Positions 1 to 8,634 of a stretch of 64,000 nucleotides of DNA are shown here, in pieces. A program made the translations under genes and the position numbers. Below the pieces are notes generated by a model. It had not been told where the DNA came from and made no database searches. It saw only the letters and a program-made list of their open reading frames with translations. Each line of letters begins with the position of its first letter. The first letter of the stretch is position 1. Source of the stretch: Abditibacteriaceae bacterium (lineage in GTDB: Bacteria; Armatimonadota; Abditibacteriia; Abditibacteriales; Abditibacteriaceae); NCBI GenBank assembly GCA_965277285.1, contig OZ255721.1:3680001-3744000 (forward strand). Direction: 5' to 3'.

Positions 1-765
1 GAAGAAAACCGGCGCGTGTTCCGGCTCGAAAACCGCCAGGCCGCGAAACGGCGAACCTCTGTGCCACGAAATCGGCGCCGCGCTTTCCTCGCCCGTCATG
101 TGGCGTGGCAAGCGTTCTTCCACCAGGCGCCGCAAGTGGTTTTCCAGCATTTCCTCGAACTGATCGGGACTGGAAAAACCATGAAACGCCGCTTTGAACG
201 AAGCCTGCGGGTTGCCAAACCAATGATCGATAAACGCTTCGAGCGCCTTTTTCTGCGCCAATCGGTCGAGCAAAGCTTGCTCGTTGGACAAAGGCGTGAA
301 GGCTTCGCTGGTTTTGCGATAAACCATCAGGTCGGGCGCGCCGCGTTCCCGGAAAGCGCGCGCCGCGTCTTCAAATTCCCATTCGGTGCCCGAAGAAAAC
401 AGCGAACCGTCTTCGCGGTGGAATTGCGACGGCAAGCGCGTGCCCAGGCGCGACCACAAGATGCAAATCACGATGTCGGTTTGCGACGGCGGAATGATTT
501 GTTCTTGGAAATGGCCGGTCGCGCGCAACGGCTCGTGTTCCCATAAAATTGGCTCGAGCCGGATGCAACCCGCGAACTCGCCGTTGATGCGCTCCATCAC
601 GCGCGTGGCGATGAGTCTTTCCTGACCGACATCGCCGGGCGACGAAAGAAAGACGCGCAACGTCCGTTCAACAGCGCATTGCGGTGCCGAATCGAGTACT
701 CGATTCGGCGCTTCGGGCGTTGAAGAGGCGATTTCAGGCTGAGTTTCGGGAGCGGAAATGGACAT
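1..765 (-). CDS. DUF4062-like N-terminal domain plus start of a STAND-type NTPase; partial, runs off the left edge
   Basis: Not in the ORF track because there is no stop in the window. Manual translation from ATG 765: MSISAPETQ...TLRVFLSSPGDVGQERLIATRV...DIVICILWSRLGT...SGTEWEFEDA...GSPFRGLAVFEPEHAPVFF. The RVFxSSPGDV..ER and SGTExE motifs are DUF4062-like, and SPFRGL..F...FF typically precedes nSTAND1 NTPase domains. Confidence 0.75.
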   Translation of the reverse strand, partial: MSISAPETQPEIASSTPEAPNRVLDSAPQCAVERTLRVFLSSPGDVGQERLIATRVMERINGEFAGCIRLEPILWEHEPLRATGHFQEQIIPPSQTDIVICILWSRLGTRLPSQFHREDGSLFSSGTEWEFEDAARAFRERGAPDLMVYRKTSEAFTPLSNEQALLDRLAQKKALEAFIDHWFGNPQASFKAAFHGFSSPDQFEEMLENHLRRLVEERLPRHMTGEESAAPISWHRGSPFRGLAVFEPEHAPVFF

Positions 766-799
766 CGCAAAAGGTTCGATAAGGTTGTTAAGTCATTTC

Positions 800-875
800 G
801 TAGGGGCGTGGTTTCCCCGTCCTGTCGATGAAGGCAATCGGGCAAGGCGATGGGGCGGGAAAACCCCGCCCCTAC
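800..875. repeat. GTAG-type REP doublet (REPIN-like inverted repeat)
   Basis: GTAGGGGCGTGGTTTCCCCG...GGGGCGGGAAAACCCCGCCCCTAC, intergenic. Confidence 0.75.
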
Positions 876-941
876 GAACGGCAGAAATGATACGTTGAAA
901 CTCTCACTTTGTCATTCTGACGGGCGTTGATTCTGTCCTTA

Positions 942-2837
942 TCATAACCGGAAAACCTGAAAACCGGCGCGCGCCAGAAATTGCGGCAGTTGGCGCGCCG
1001 TTTGGCGGTTCATTTCCTGAACATTTGGCGGCAGCTGTTCCCACGGCAAAAGGTTGGGATTGGTTTTGCGTGCGGCATCGCGCGCGCCCAGCGTCCAGCC
1101 GCCGCTTTGCTGTTCTTGCAGCCAGCGCGCGTGTTCGCGTTGTGCCATGCGTTCGGTTTCCTCGGGCGTGAAAGCGAACGGTTTGGCTTCCCAATCGGCG
1201 ATGGGCGCGATGTCGCAACCTTCCAAGCGCAATTGCGTGCCGATAAAATCGGCCTGGCGTCGGTTCTTTTCCTTGATCAATTCCGACAAATCGTCCCATT
1301 GCGCCAGCGCTGGATTGTTTTCGTCCGGCGCCAAACGTTTTTGTTCGCGCAGATAATTGTCGTGCAGCGAGCGCGCCAGAACTTCGCTGGTGCCGCCCAA
1401 CACCAGTTCGGGATGACACGAGTACTCGAGAAGCCCGAAGGCGCGCAAATCGGCGTTCGATGTTGGCGATGAGTCCACGTCGGTGTTTTTTTCGATGACC
1501 GAGTTGCTGATGAGCGCGGCGACGCCGTTGCTTTCTCCGGTGCGCATCAGGATGGGAACGGTCTTCTGCCAGCCGCGCGTTTCCAAACGGTGGCGCAATA
1601 AAAGCGCGGCGCCCAAACCTTGCGCTTCATCGCCTACGCAAATGTAAATCGCGCTCAAGTGATGGTTTTTATCGTTATCAAAAAGATCGGCGCTTTGAAA
1701 CGCCGTCGAACCGATTTGTAAATCGCGCGCCTCGATTTCGCACGACGCGAACAATCCCGCGTGACGTTGACGCAACAACTCGCACACCGAAGACGCATCA
1801 CGATCCACCAGAACGATCTTCAAGACTAGCGCCGTTGCATTGTTGAGGTTTTCTCGATGTTCCTGCCATTGTTGCACGGCGCGCAAAACGACGCGTTGCG
1901 CCAATCGTCCGGCGCCGATTACCAGCAAATACGGCGCTTGCATCGTTGGTTGAAGCGTCGTCGCGTCCGTTGGCGAAGGTTCCGGCGCTGCGAGCAAAGC
2001 ACTTGTCCAGGGCGGTTGAGCGGAAAGCAGACCACGCGCGCCGATGTCGAAGACATCGAAAAGCTGCAAGCGAAAGGCGCTGTTGCCACTCACTTCCCAG
2101 CGCCGCAACAAGCGCCACAACTCGGAATCCATGATGTGCGCCGCGCAGGTGAGAACGTGACCGTTGTCATCCTTTGAGGCGGACATTATGTCGCGTGCAT
2201 GGGCGATAACGGCGGCGTTGACGGCATCGTCGGAGACCGCGAACAAGTATTTGGCGTGAGCGATGCGCGCCGCGCGAAGGGTTTCACGGCGCGTGACATC
2301 GCCGATCAAGGCGTAAATGCCGCTTTCTTTGCACGCCGCCAGCAAGTCGTGGTTCGGCTTGTTTTCGACAACGAGTACTCGATAACCTCTTTCGCGGAAC
2401 GAGCGCGCCAGCAGCAAACCTTTCTGGCTTAGTCCACAAATCACAACGTGATCACGCAAAGCGCGCGACTGCACTTCGCGCACGCGGTCGCGGAAGACGG
2501 CGCCAAAGGCTTCAAAGGCCGCGAAGCCAGTCACGACCGGCATCAACCAGCGCGCGATTTCCAGCGGCCAAGGTAATGTGCCAATTGTGCTGCCACCGAA
2601 ACTACGGAACTGAAAGGCCGAATAAAAAACGTCGATCAGACGCCGCGACGGGAAAAAAAGATGCAGGCCAATGCAGCCCAGTGTGTAGCCGGTCAGCCAT
2701 AATCCCAGCAAAACGAACCAGCGCCATTGCTGCCACCAAGATGCCACGCGCTGCATCACTTCCTGTCGTCGCGCGGCAGAAGCGCCGCGATTTTTCAGGT
2801 TGATGCCACTATTTTGAAGTAAAAGGTTTTCGTTCAT
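942..2837 (-). CDS. Membrane protein with ion-channel-like N-terminus, TrkA-N/RCK domains and a C-terminal RyR domain
   Basis: TM helices, then HVVICGLSQKG and LLVIGAGRLA Rossmann motifs. RyR-repeat motifs LARSLHDNY..WDDL and EHARW...GWTLG.RD...NPNLLPWEQL. Start chosen at MNENLL (ATG 2837); the ORF is open to 2945. Confidence 0.8.
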   Translation of the reverse strand: MNENLLLQNSGINLKNRGASAARRQEVMQRVASWWQQWRWFVLLGLWLTGYTLGCIGLHLFFPSRRLIDVFYSAFQFRSFGGSTIGTLPWPLEIARWLMPVVTGFAAFEAFGAVFRDRVREVQSRALRDHVVICGLSQKGLLLARSFRERGYRVLVVENKPNHDLLAACKESGIYALIGDVTRRETLRAARIAHAKYLFAVSDDAVNAAVIAHARDIMSASKDDNGHVLTCAAHIMDSELWRLLRRWEVSGNSAFRLQLFDVFDIGARGLLSAQPPWTSALLAAPEPSPTDATTLQPTMQAPYLLVIGAGRLAQRVVLRAVQQWQEHRENLNNATALVLKIVLVDRDASSVCELLRQRHAGLFASCEIEARDLQIGSTAFQSADLFDNDKNHHLSAIYICVGDEAQGLGAALLLRHRLETRGWQKTVPILMRTGESNGVAALISNSVIEKNTDVDSSPTSNADLRAFGLLEYSCHPELVLGGTSEVLARSLHDNYLREQKRLAPDENNPALAQWDDLSELIKEKNRRQADFIGTQLRLEGCDIAPIADWEAKPFAFTPEETERMAQREHARWLQEQQSGGWTLGARDAARKTNPNLLPWEQLPPNVQEMNRQTARQLPQFLARAGFQVFRL

Positions 2838-3017
2838 TGAAGAAGAGAAAACGAAAACTTCCGCTTTCAATCCTGTTATTGTGATTAACCAACGGCGCGG
2901 CGGCAAGTCAGGAAGGAAACCTTGGCGTTGTCGGTCTGGTTGCATTCAGAGCGAAAACGGAAACCTGAGAGAAGGTTCAAAAGGTTTTGAACCTGGCTGA
3001 ATGTAATAATAAATAGA

Positions 3018-3521
3018 ATGGAAAGAATTGTTGTGATCGGCTCGGGAGGTTCAGGAAAATCCACCTTGGCCTGTCAGATCGCCAACATTCGTGGTATTAA
3101 GGTTGTGCATTTGGATGCATTCTATTGGCGGTCGGGTTGGGTCGCTACACCTGAAGACGAGTGGCAAAACATCGTTAAAGGTTTGGTCGTGGAAAATTAA
3201 TGGGTGATGGATGGAAACTTTGGTGGAACTCGTCGATTGCGTTTTGAGGCTTCGGATACCATTATTTTTCTTGACTTTACTCGCGCACTTTGTATCCGTC
3301 GTGTGTTATGGCGGCGTTGGCGCTACCGAAGCAAAACAAGACCTGACATGGGCGCAGGATGTACGGAGAAGATTGATGGGGAATTCCTCAAGTGGATATG
3401 GAATTTCCCCAACAACAGCAGGCCAAAGATTATGAAGGAAATTGAAGACTATAAACAAGGTCGCAATGTCTTCATTTTGCGTCACCCCAATCAAGTGAAA
3501 CGATTTATAAAGCACCTGTAA
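3018..3521 (+). pseudogene. FlaR / DNA topology modulation protein (adenylate-kinase-like P-loop) interrupted by an in-frame TAA at 3198-3200
   Basis: GSGGSGKST P-loop and HLDAFYW; after the stop the same frame continues W-V-M-D-G-N-F...DTIIFLD...RPDMGAGCTEKID.EFLKWIW, typical of this family. Confidence 0.75.
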
Positions 3522-3856
3522 AAGCACCCGCAAGCGTATACAAGCCATTTTGCTGACAAGGACACCAGAGCAGCAAAGTAACATATTCAACCTTCATGCT
3601 TTCGAGTACTCGAGTAGTCTTAAGTGGCACAACTTCAAGCGGCGGTAGTTTGCACATTGGTGCGGTCGCGGACACGATGTTGCGTGATGTCGTGACTTCG
3701 GATTTCAGTGCGCGATTGACGGCGGAAGATTGGAATCGCATTCTCGATCCGGTTTGCACAATCGCCTCCGACGAACTATTTTAAAGAATTTTCGCAGGAC
3801 GCAAGCTCGTATCGAGGCGTCGCGGCACGTCCCGAACTGCTACAAAACATAGAGCG

Positions 3857-4147
3857 TTGGGGTACGACACCAATGTGAATCTTTCGACGGGTTTAGCGAA
3901 CTCGATTGCCGCGATGCGTTCGAGTAGTCGCGTCGCCTTGCGCGTTGATCCCCAAGCGTTTGCGGTGCAGGTCGAAGGTCAGACGACGCGCGAAAAGAAG
4001 TGGAATTGCCGCCATCGTGGTTGCGCGGTTCTCTCAACGTGCAAACACATTCTTGCGTTACGAGGACAAATCATAAGTGCGGACGCGACTTCTCACCGCG
4101 AAATGCCAAGTGCCTCCGACAACGTTGCGACCACCGAAGACGAGTAG
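3857..4147 (+). pseudogene. Possible SWIM-type zinc-finger gene fragment
   Basis: C-x4-C-x5-CKHILAL resembles the end of a SWIM finger; no good start codon, and the neighbouring ORFs are short and broken. Confidence 0.3.
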
Positions 4148-4324
4148 TGGAAAGTTTTGGTGTGAATTGGGACGTTGACATCTCAAAAGAAAGCACGCTT
4201 TAGCGGCAGTTGAGAAAACATGCTTTCTTTTTGTTGCGGTCGTGGTTAGGTATTGTATTAAGGAGTACTCGATTGCGGTTTTTCCTCTATAATGCGGCGA
4301 CTTTTAGTAAAATGAAGGCGCACT

Positions 4325-4897
4325 ATGAACGAACTTCCTCTGAAAACGCCCGTTTCCGCCGAACGTTGGGCGCGCATCAAACTTCTCGCGCTCGATGTCG
4401 ATGGAACGCTGACTGATGGCTCGCTGACTTTCGATGAAAGCGGGAGTTTGTTGCAGACCTTTCATGTGCGCGATGGTTTTGCGCTGGTTGCGGCGCGCAA
4501 AATGGGAATTCAGGTCGCGTGGATTTCGGGACGCGCGTCGCGTGTTGCGCAAAAGCGTTTCGCTGAATTGAAGCTCCATCATTGTTTGCTCGATTGCGCC
4601 GACAAAGCGCAGGCGATGCGCGATTTGCAAAAAGAACACGGTTTTTCGCGTGAGGAATGCTGTTTCGTGGGCGACGATTTGCCCGATTTACCAGCCTTTC
4701 GAGAATGTGGCATCACCGTCGCCGTCGCCGATTCGGTAAACGAAGTTTTAGAACGCGCTGATTATATTACGCAAGAACGCGGCGGGCGCGGCGCGGCGCG
4801 CGAAGTCGTTGAATTAATTTTGGACGCGCAAGGTCATTGGGCGAAACTTGTCAATAGTTACGTTGAAGAAACACAAACCGAAAACTTGCAAAAGTAG
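4325..4897 (+). CDS. kdsC: KDO 8-phosphate phosphatase (HAD superfamily)
   Basis: LDVDGTLTDG, F.VRDG, ISGR, GDDLPD and GGRGAARE motifs. Confidence 0.9.
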   Translation: MNELPLKTPVSAERWARIKLLALDVDGTLTDGSLTFDESGSLLQTFHVRDGFALVAARKMGIQVAWISGRASRVAQKRFAELKLHHCLLDCADKAQAMRDLQKEHGFSREECCFVGDDLPDLPAFRECGITVAVADSVNEVLERADYITQERGGRGAAREVVELILDAQGHWAKLVNSYVEETQTENLQK

Positions 4898-4900
4898 ATT

Positions 4901-5261
4901 TGAACCGCCAAGACGCGAAGACACGCAGAGAAGGAAGAATGAATATCGAGTACTTGAAGTTGCAACTTTGTCATTCTGAGAGGGTGTATAGGAAAGCCGA
5001 AAAGCAACAGAAAAAGCTCGAAACTATCAGTTTGGTCATTCTGAGCGCAGCGAAGAATCTAATTGCAGTTAGATTCTTCGCTGCGCTCAGAATGACCAAA
5101 CTGATAGTTTAACGGCCCATTTTACAATTCCTATGCACCTCTCAGAATGACAAACTGCGAGTTTGACGGTTGTTTGGCTACATCTTTCTATGACTTTCTC
5201 CACACAGTGTTACAACAATCCCGATTTTCTCTCCTGGCGTTTTTGGCGTCTTGGCGGTTCA
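4901..5261. repeat. Three-layer nested inverted-repeat element
   Basis: Outer arms TGAACCGCCAAGACGC / GCGTCTTGGCGGTTCA; middle arms TTTGTCATTCTGAGAGG (~4967) / CCTCTCAGAATGACAAA (~5154); inner IR 5021-5110 containing GTCATTCTGAGCGCAGCGAAGAATCT. A palindrome variant lies at 4946. Confidence 0.8.
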
Positions 5262-5405
5262 CAATTCTCATTATGTCTTCTCAACTTAAAGATGTTTTGG
5301 CGGCGGCCTTTATCGCGCTTTGTTTTCTAACCTGGTTTTGGCACGCGGGCGTTTTGTTTTCTTTTTAAGATCGCTCTGATTTTCGCCTTTTCGAGTACTC
5401 GATTC

Positions 5406-7340
5406 ATGTTCTACGCGCGCGATGTGCTGATTTTTATTGGATTTCTTGCGGTTCTCGGTCTTTTGTCGTGGCGCGTGTGGCGGCGAGCGGAAACGCTGAG
5501 CGGACTGGAATCGGTTGTTCTCACAACGGGTTTTGTGCTGGGAAGTTGCAGCCTCCTGGTTTGGCTTTGCGGCTTGCTGGTCGGCGTCGGAATGTTGTCG
5601 ATTGGGTGTTTTCTGGCGCCGTGCAGCGTAGTTTTGTGGTGGAGCCGCGCGAGTCGACGAACTTCGTCAAGCGCGTTCTGGCGAAAGCTTCCAATTGTCG
5701 AAAAGTTGCTGGCGTTTTATCTGGCGGCGGTTTTTGCCCTCACGTTTGTGTTGTCGCTGGCGCCGCCGGTCGGCAACGATTACGATTCGCTGATGTATCA
5801 TTTGGCGGCGCCAGCGCAGTATTTGCGGCACGGCAGAATCGTTCCTCTTGCTTACGATCATCACACGTTTTTTCCGCTGGCGACGGAAATGCTATTCCTG
5901 CTCGGCTTGAAACTGAGCGGGCCCGTGTTGGCGAAATTGTTTCATTGGCTGATGCTGCCGTTGTGTTGCGCGACGATTCTCGCGGTCGCAGAACGTCAGG
6001 GTTCGCGGCGCGCTGGATGGCTGGGAGCGGCGTTGTTTGCGTCGTTGCCGTTGGTGCAAGTCGAAGCGATAACGGCTTATATTGATCTATCGTTGGTCGC
6101 TTTCACTTTACTTTCTGTGTTGTGCTTTCTGCGCTGGATGAATGAACGTGACAATCGTTGGTTGCTCTTTTGTGGCGTCTTCTGCGGCGTTTGTCTGGGC
6201 ACCAAATACTTTGGCTTGATTCCCTTTGGCTGGCTTTTTGTCGCTGCACTCTTCGTAATTTTTCGGCAAAGAAAAGAATTCAAAAAGCCATTCGTCGCGC
6301 TGAGTACCTTTGTTGTGGTAGCGCTCGTTGTCGGCGGCGGATGGTACGCGCGCAACGCCTTATGGACGGGAAATCCGGTTTATCCGTTTGCTTATGGCAT
6401 TTTCGGCGGGCGCGGCTGGACAAAGCCATTGGCCGATGAATATACGCGCTCGGTTTCGGCGTTCGGCTTCGACAAAAGCCCGACCGATTTGGCATGGCTG
6501 CCGTGGCGCCTTTCGATGACGCCGCTCAATGTCGCTGTGAATTTGCAAAATCAGCCCGTTGGACAACCGTTTTGGCCGCTCAACCCCGCGCCGCTCGATT
6601 CGAGTACTCACACTGGCTTGTTTGAAGTCAATGGCTTGCTCGCTAATTCGTTTTTGGGGCCAGCGCTTTTGGCGTTCGGTGCGCCGCTGCTTTTCGCGCG
6701 CCGCAAGCCGCGCTGGATCAGTTTCGTTGGCTGGAGCATTCTCTTTTTCGGGCTAATTTGGACATTCAGCAGCCAGACGATTCGCTATGCTTTGCCACTT
6801 TTCGCGCTCATTTGTTGGCCATGCGGCTGGGCAATCGAACTGTATACAAAACGTTCCGCACTTTTGAAATGGACGACGTGCGGTTTTTTCGTGGCGTGGA
6901 TTTTGTGGTCTCCTGCGGTCGTGGCGTGGCAAAGTCGCACAGTCTGGCCAGTTATTATGGGACAACAAACGTCGGACGATTATTTGACGAGACGCGCGCC
7001 AGGCTACGCCGCCATGAAGTGCATCAACCAGAAAACGCCGCCGAATGCGCGCATCGCGGTTTATGGCGAGCCGCGCTGCTTTTACCTTGAGCGCGATTAT
7101 TTCTGGGCTGATGCCGCCAACAACACCTTGATCGATTACTCCACGATTCACAACGCACGCGATTGGATTAGTGCTTTACGGAAATTGGGCGCAACTCACG
7201 TTTTGATTAACCTTGTGCCGGGCGAAAATGCCGGTTATGGCGTTGTTCCACCGCAACTGACAGAAGCGCAAACACAAGGTTTGGTACGCGAACTTTTCCA
7301 CACGCGCAGTTATCTTGTGCTCGAAATTGTGGCGAAATGA
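5406..7340 (+). CDS. GT-C fold (ArnT/PMT-like) membrane glycosyltransferase
   Basis: Many TM segments; DSLMYHL, GTKY and WYARNALWTGNPVYP motifs; followed by a GT2 gene. Confidence 0.7.
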   Translation: MFYARDVLIFIGFLAVLGLLSWRVWRRAETLSGLESVVLTTGFVLGSCSLLVWLCGLLVGVGMLSIGCFLAPCSVVLWWSRASRRTSSSAFWRKLPIVEKLLAFYLAAVFALTFVLSLAPPVGNDYDSLMYHLAAPAQYLRHGRIVPLAYDHHTFFPLATEMLFLLGLKLSGPVLAKLFHWLMLPLCCATILAVAERQGSRRAGWLGAALFASLPLVQVEAITAYIDLSLVAFTLLSVLCFLRWMNERDNRWLLFCGVFCGVCLGTKYFGLIPFGWLFVAALFVIFRQRKEFKKPFVALSTFVVVALVVGGGWYARNALWTGNPVYPFAYGIFGGRGWTKPLADEYTRSVSAFGFDKSPTDLAWLPWRLSMTPLNVAVNLQNQPVGQPFWPLNPAPLDSSTHTGLFEVNGLLANSFLGPALLAFGAPLLFARRKPRWISFVGWSILFFGLIWTFSSQTIRYALPLFALICWPCGWAIELYTKRSALLKWTTCGFFVAWILWSPAVVAWQSRTVWPVIMGQQTSDDYLTRRAPGYAAMKCINQKTPPNARIAVYGEPRCFYLERDYFWADAANNTLIDYSTIHNARDWISALRKLGATHVLINLVPGENAGYGVVPPQLTEAQTQGLVRELFHTRSYLVLEIVAK

Positions 7341-7348
7341 ATTTGGCC

Positions 7349-7459
7349 AGTGAATGAATTCGCCGCCAGAGAAAAGTGTTGGCCTACGCCGACGCAATAC
7401 CATTAAGAGTCGTGTCGGGTTCAGCCCAACACTTTTCTCTGGCGGCGAATTCATTCACT
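7349..7459. repeat. MITE/REP-like inverted repeat (second copy at 30034-30149)
   Basis: AGTGAATGAATTCGCCGCCAGAGAAAAGTGTTGG / CCAACACTTTTCTCTGGCGGCGAATTCATTCACT. Confidence 0.8.
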
Positions 7460-7548
7460 AACCATCGTTTCAAGTTCGATTTCATTTATCAGGCGCCTGT
7501 TTTTGTTAGGATAGAAAGGACTTTTCGCCGCGAAAACGAGAACTTTGC

Positions 7549-8295
7549 ATGAAACTGAGTGTGTTGATGCCGGTGTGGAACGAGGGCGCGACGTTGCTCG
7601 AAATCTTGGAGCAAGTGCGCGCCGTGCCAGTCGAAAAAGAAATCATTCTGGTTGATGACGGTTCGACCGACGGAACGCGCGAACTCTTGCAATCTCTCAT
7701 CGACGATGGTCGCGCTTGTGGCGAAAGCGCGCAAGGCGAAACTGGCGACTCCGAGGTACGCGTTGTTTTTCAGGAACATGGCGGCAAAGGCGTGGCGGTG
7801 CGGCGTGCTTTGGGTTTGGCGCGCGGCGAATGGACGATTGTGCAGGACGCCGATTTGGAATATGACCCGCACGATTTTTTGAAGTTGCTGGCGTTCGCTG
7901 AAAAGAAACGAAACCGTTGTCAGTGCGTCTTTGGAACGCGCTTGCTCAAAGGCAGTCCGTCGCGCGCGAATCAGGCGAAAAACAGCCGCACTTCGTTTTA
8001 CTACGGGCGCATCGGGCTTTCGATCTGGTTTCGCATTTTGTATGGCGCGCCCGTCAGCGATGTAGCGACGTGCTACAAAATGGTGCGCCGCGAACTGCTG
8101 CAAAGCCTCGATTTGCAAGGCCACGGTTTTGAACTCGACTTTGAAATCGCCGCGAAAGTGGCGCGGCGCGGCCATCGTATCTGGGAAGTGCCCGTTTATT
8201 ATCAACCGCGCAGCGTTTTGGAAGGCAAGAAGATCAAAGCCGTGCGAGACGGAATTCGCGCCGCCTGGACATTGTTGAAACTGCGCTTTGTGTGA
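7549..8295 (+). CDS. Glycosyltransferase family 2 (polyprenol-phosphate sugar synthase-like)
   Basis: LSVLMPVWNE, VDDGSTDGT, GKGVAVR, QDADLEYDP and F.LDFEI motifs. Confidence 0.9.
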   Translation: MKLSVLMPVWNEGATLLEILEQVRAVPVEKEIILVDDGSTDGTRELLQSLIDDGRACGESAQGETGDSEVRVVFQEHGGKGVAVRRALGLARGEWTIVQDADLEYDPHDFLKLLAFAEKKRNRCQCVFGTRLLKGSPSRANQAKNSRTSFYYGRIGLSIWFRILYGAPVSDVATCYKMVRRELLQSLDLQGHGFELDFEIAAKVARRGHRIWEVPVYYQPRSVLEGKKIKAVRDGIRAAWTLLKLRFV

Positions 8296-8305
8296 AGTTC
8301 GGCTC

Positions 8306-8391
8306 AAGAACCCGAAGCGTAAGCGACGGGTGTGGCGTAAGAGTGCGAGATTTCTTTTACTTTTTACCCATCGCTTACGCTTCGGGTTCTT
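8306..8391. repeat. REP-like doublet, GAACCCGAAGCGTAAGCGACGGG family
   Basis: Inverted arms; related copies at 15297-15383, 24994-25085, 37833-37908, 46232-46318 and 50836-50923. Confidence 0.85.
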
Positions 8392-8459
8392 TGGTCTGGA
8401 TGCAGCAACGCGTTGTAGGCGCGGTTTCTGATTTCGAGTACTCGATTGTGGTGAAACCT

Positions 8460-8618
8460 ATGGCGAAACGTCAATCTCTCAAAGGCTGGCTCAAACAGCC
8501 CGATAATCGTTTCAAGATAAATGTTTGCCTGAGTATTTTCGTTCTTATTGTGATTGGCACGGGAGCAGTTAACCTACTCCTGGCATATCTGCTTTTTCTT
8601 TTTGGCATCGAGTTGTAA
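8460..8618 (+). CDS. Small putative membrane protein
   Basis: 52 aa from ATG 8460 with a single hydrophobic C-terminal helix; co-oriented with its neighbours. Confidence 0.35.
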   Translation: MAKRQSLKGWLKQPDNRFKINVCLSIFVLIVIGTGAVNLLLAYLLFLFGIEL

Positions 8619-8634
8619 TTGTGCAGGCCTTTTA

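Noticed and set aside
16..546. 176-aa plus-strand ORF
   Set aside because: Antisense shadow of the minus-strand DUF4062/STAND gene, which carries recognisable motifs.
4900..5112. Short ORF MNRQDAKTRR...CHSE...VILSAAKNL and similar ORFs at 8292, 18465, 46240 and 55021
   Set aside because: These are translations of REP/MITE arms, not genes.
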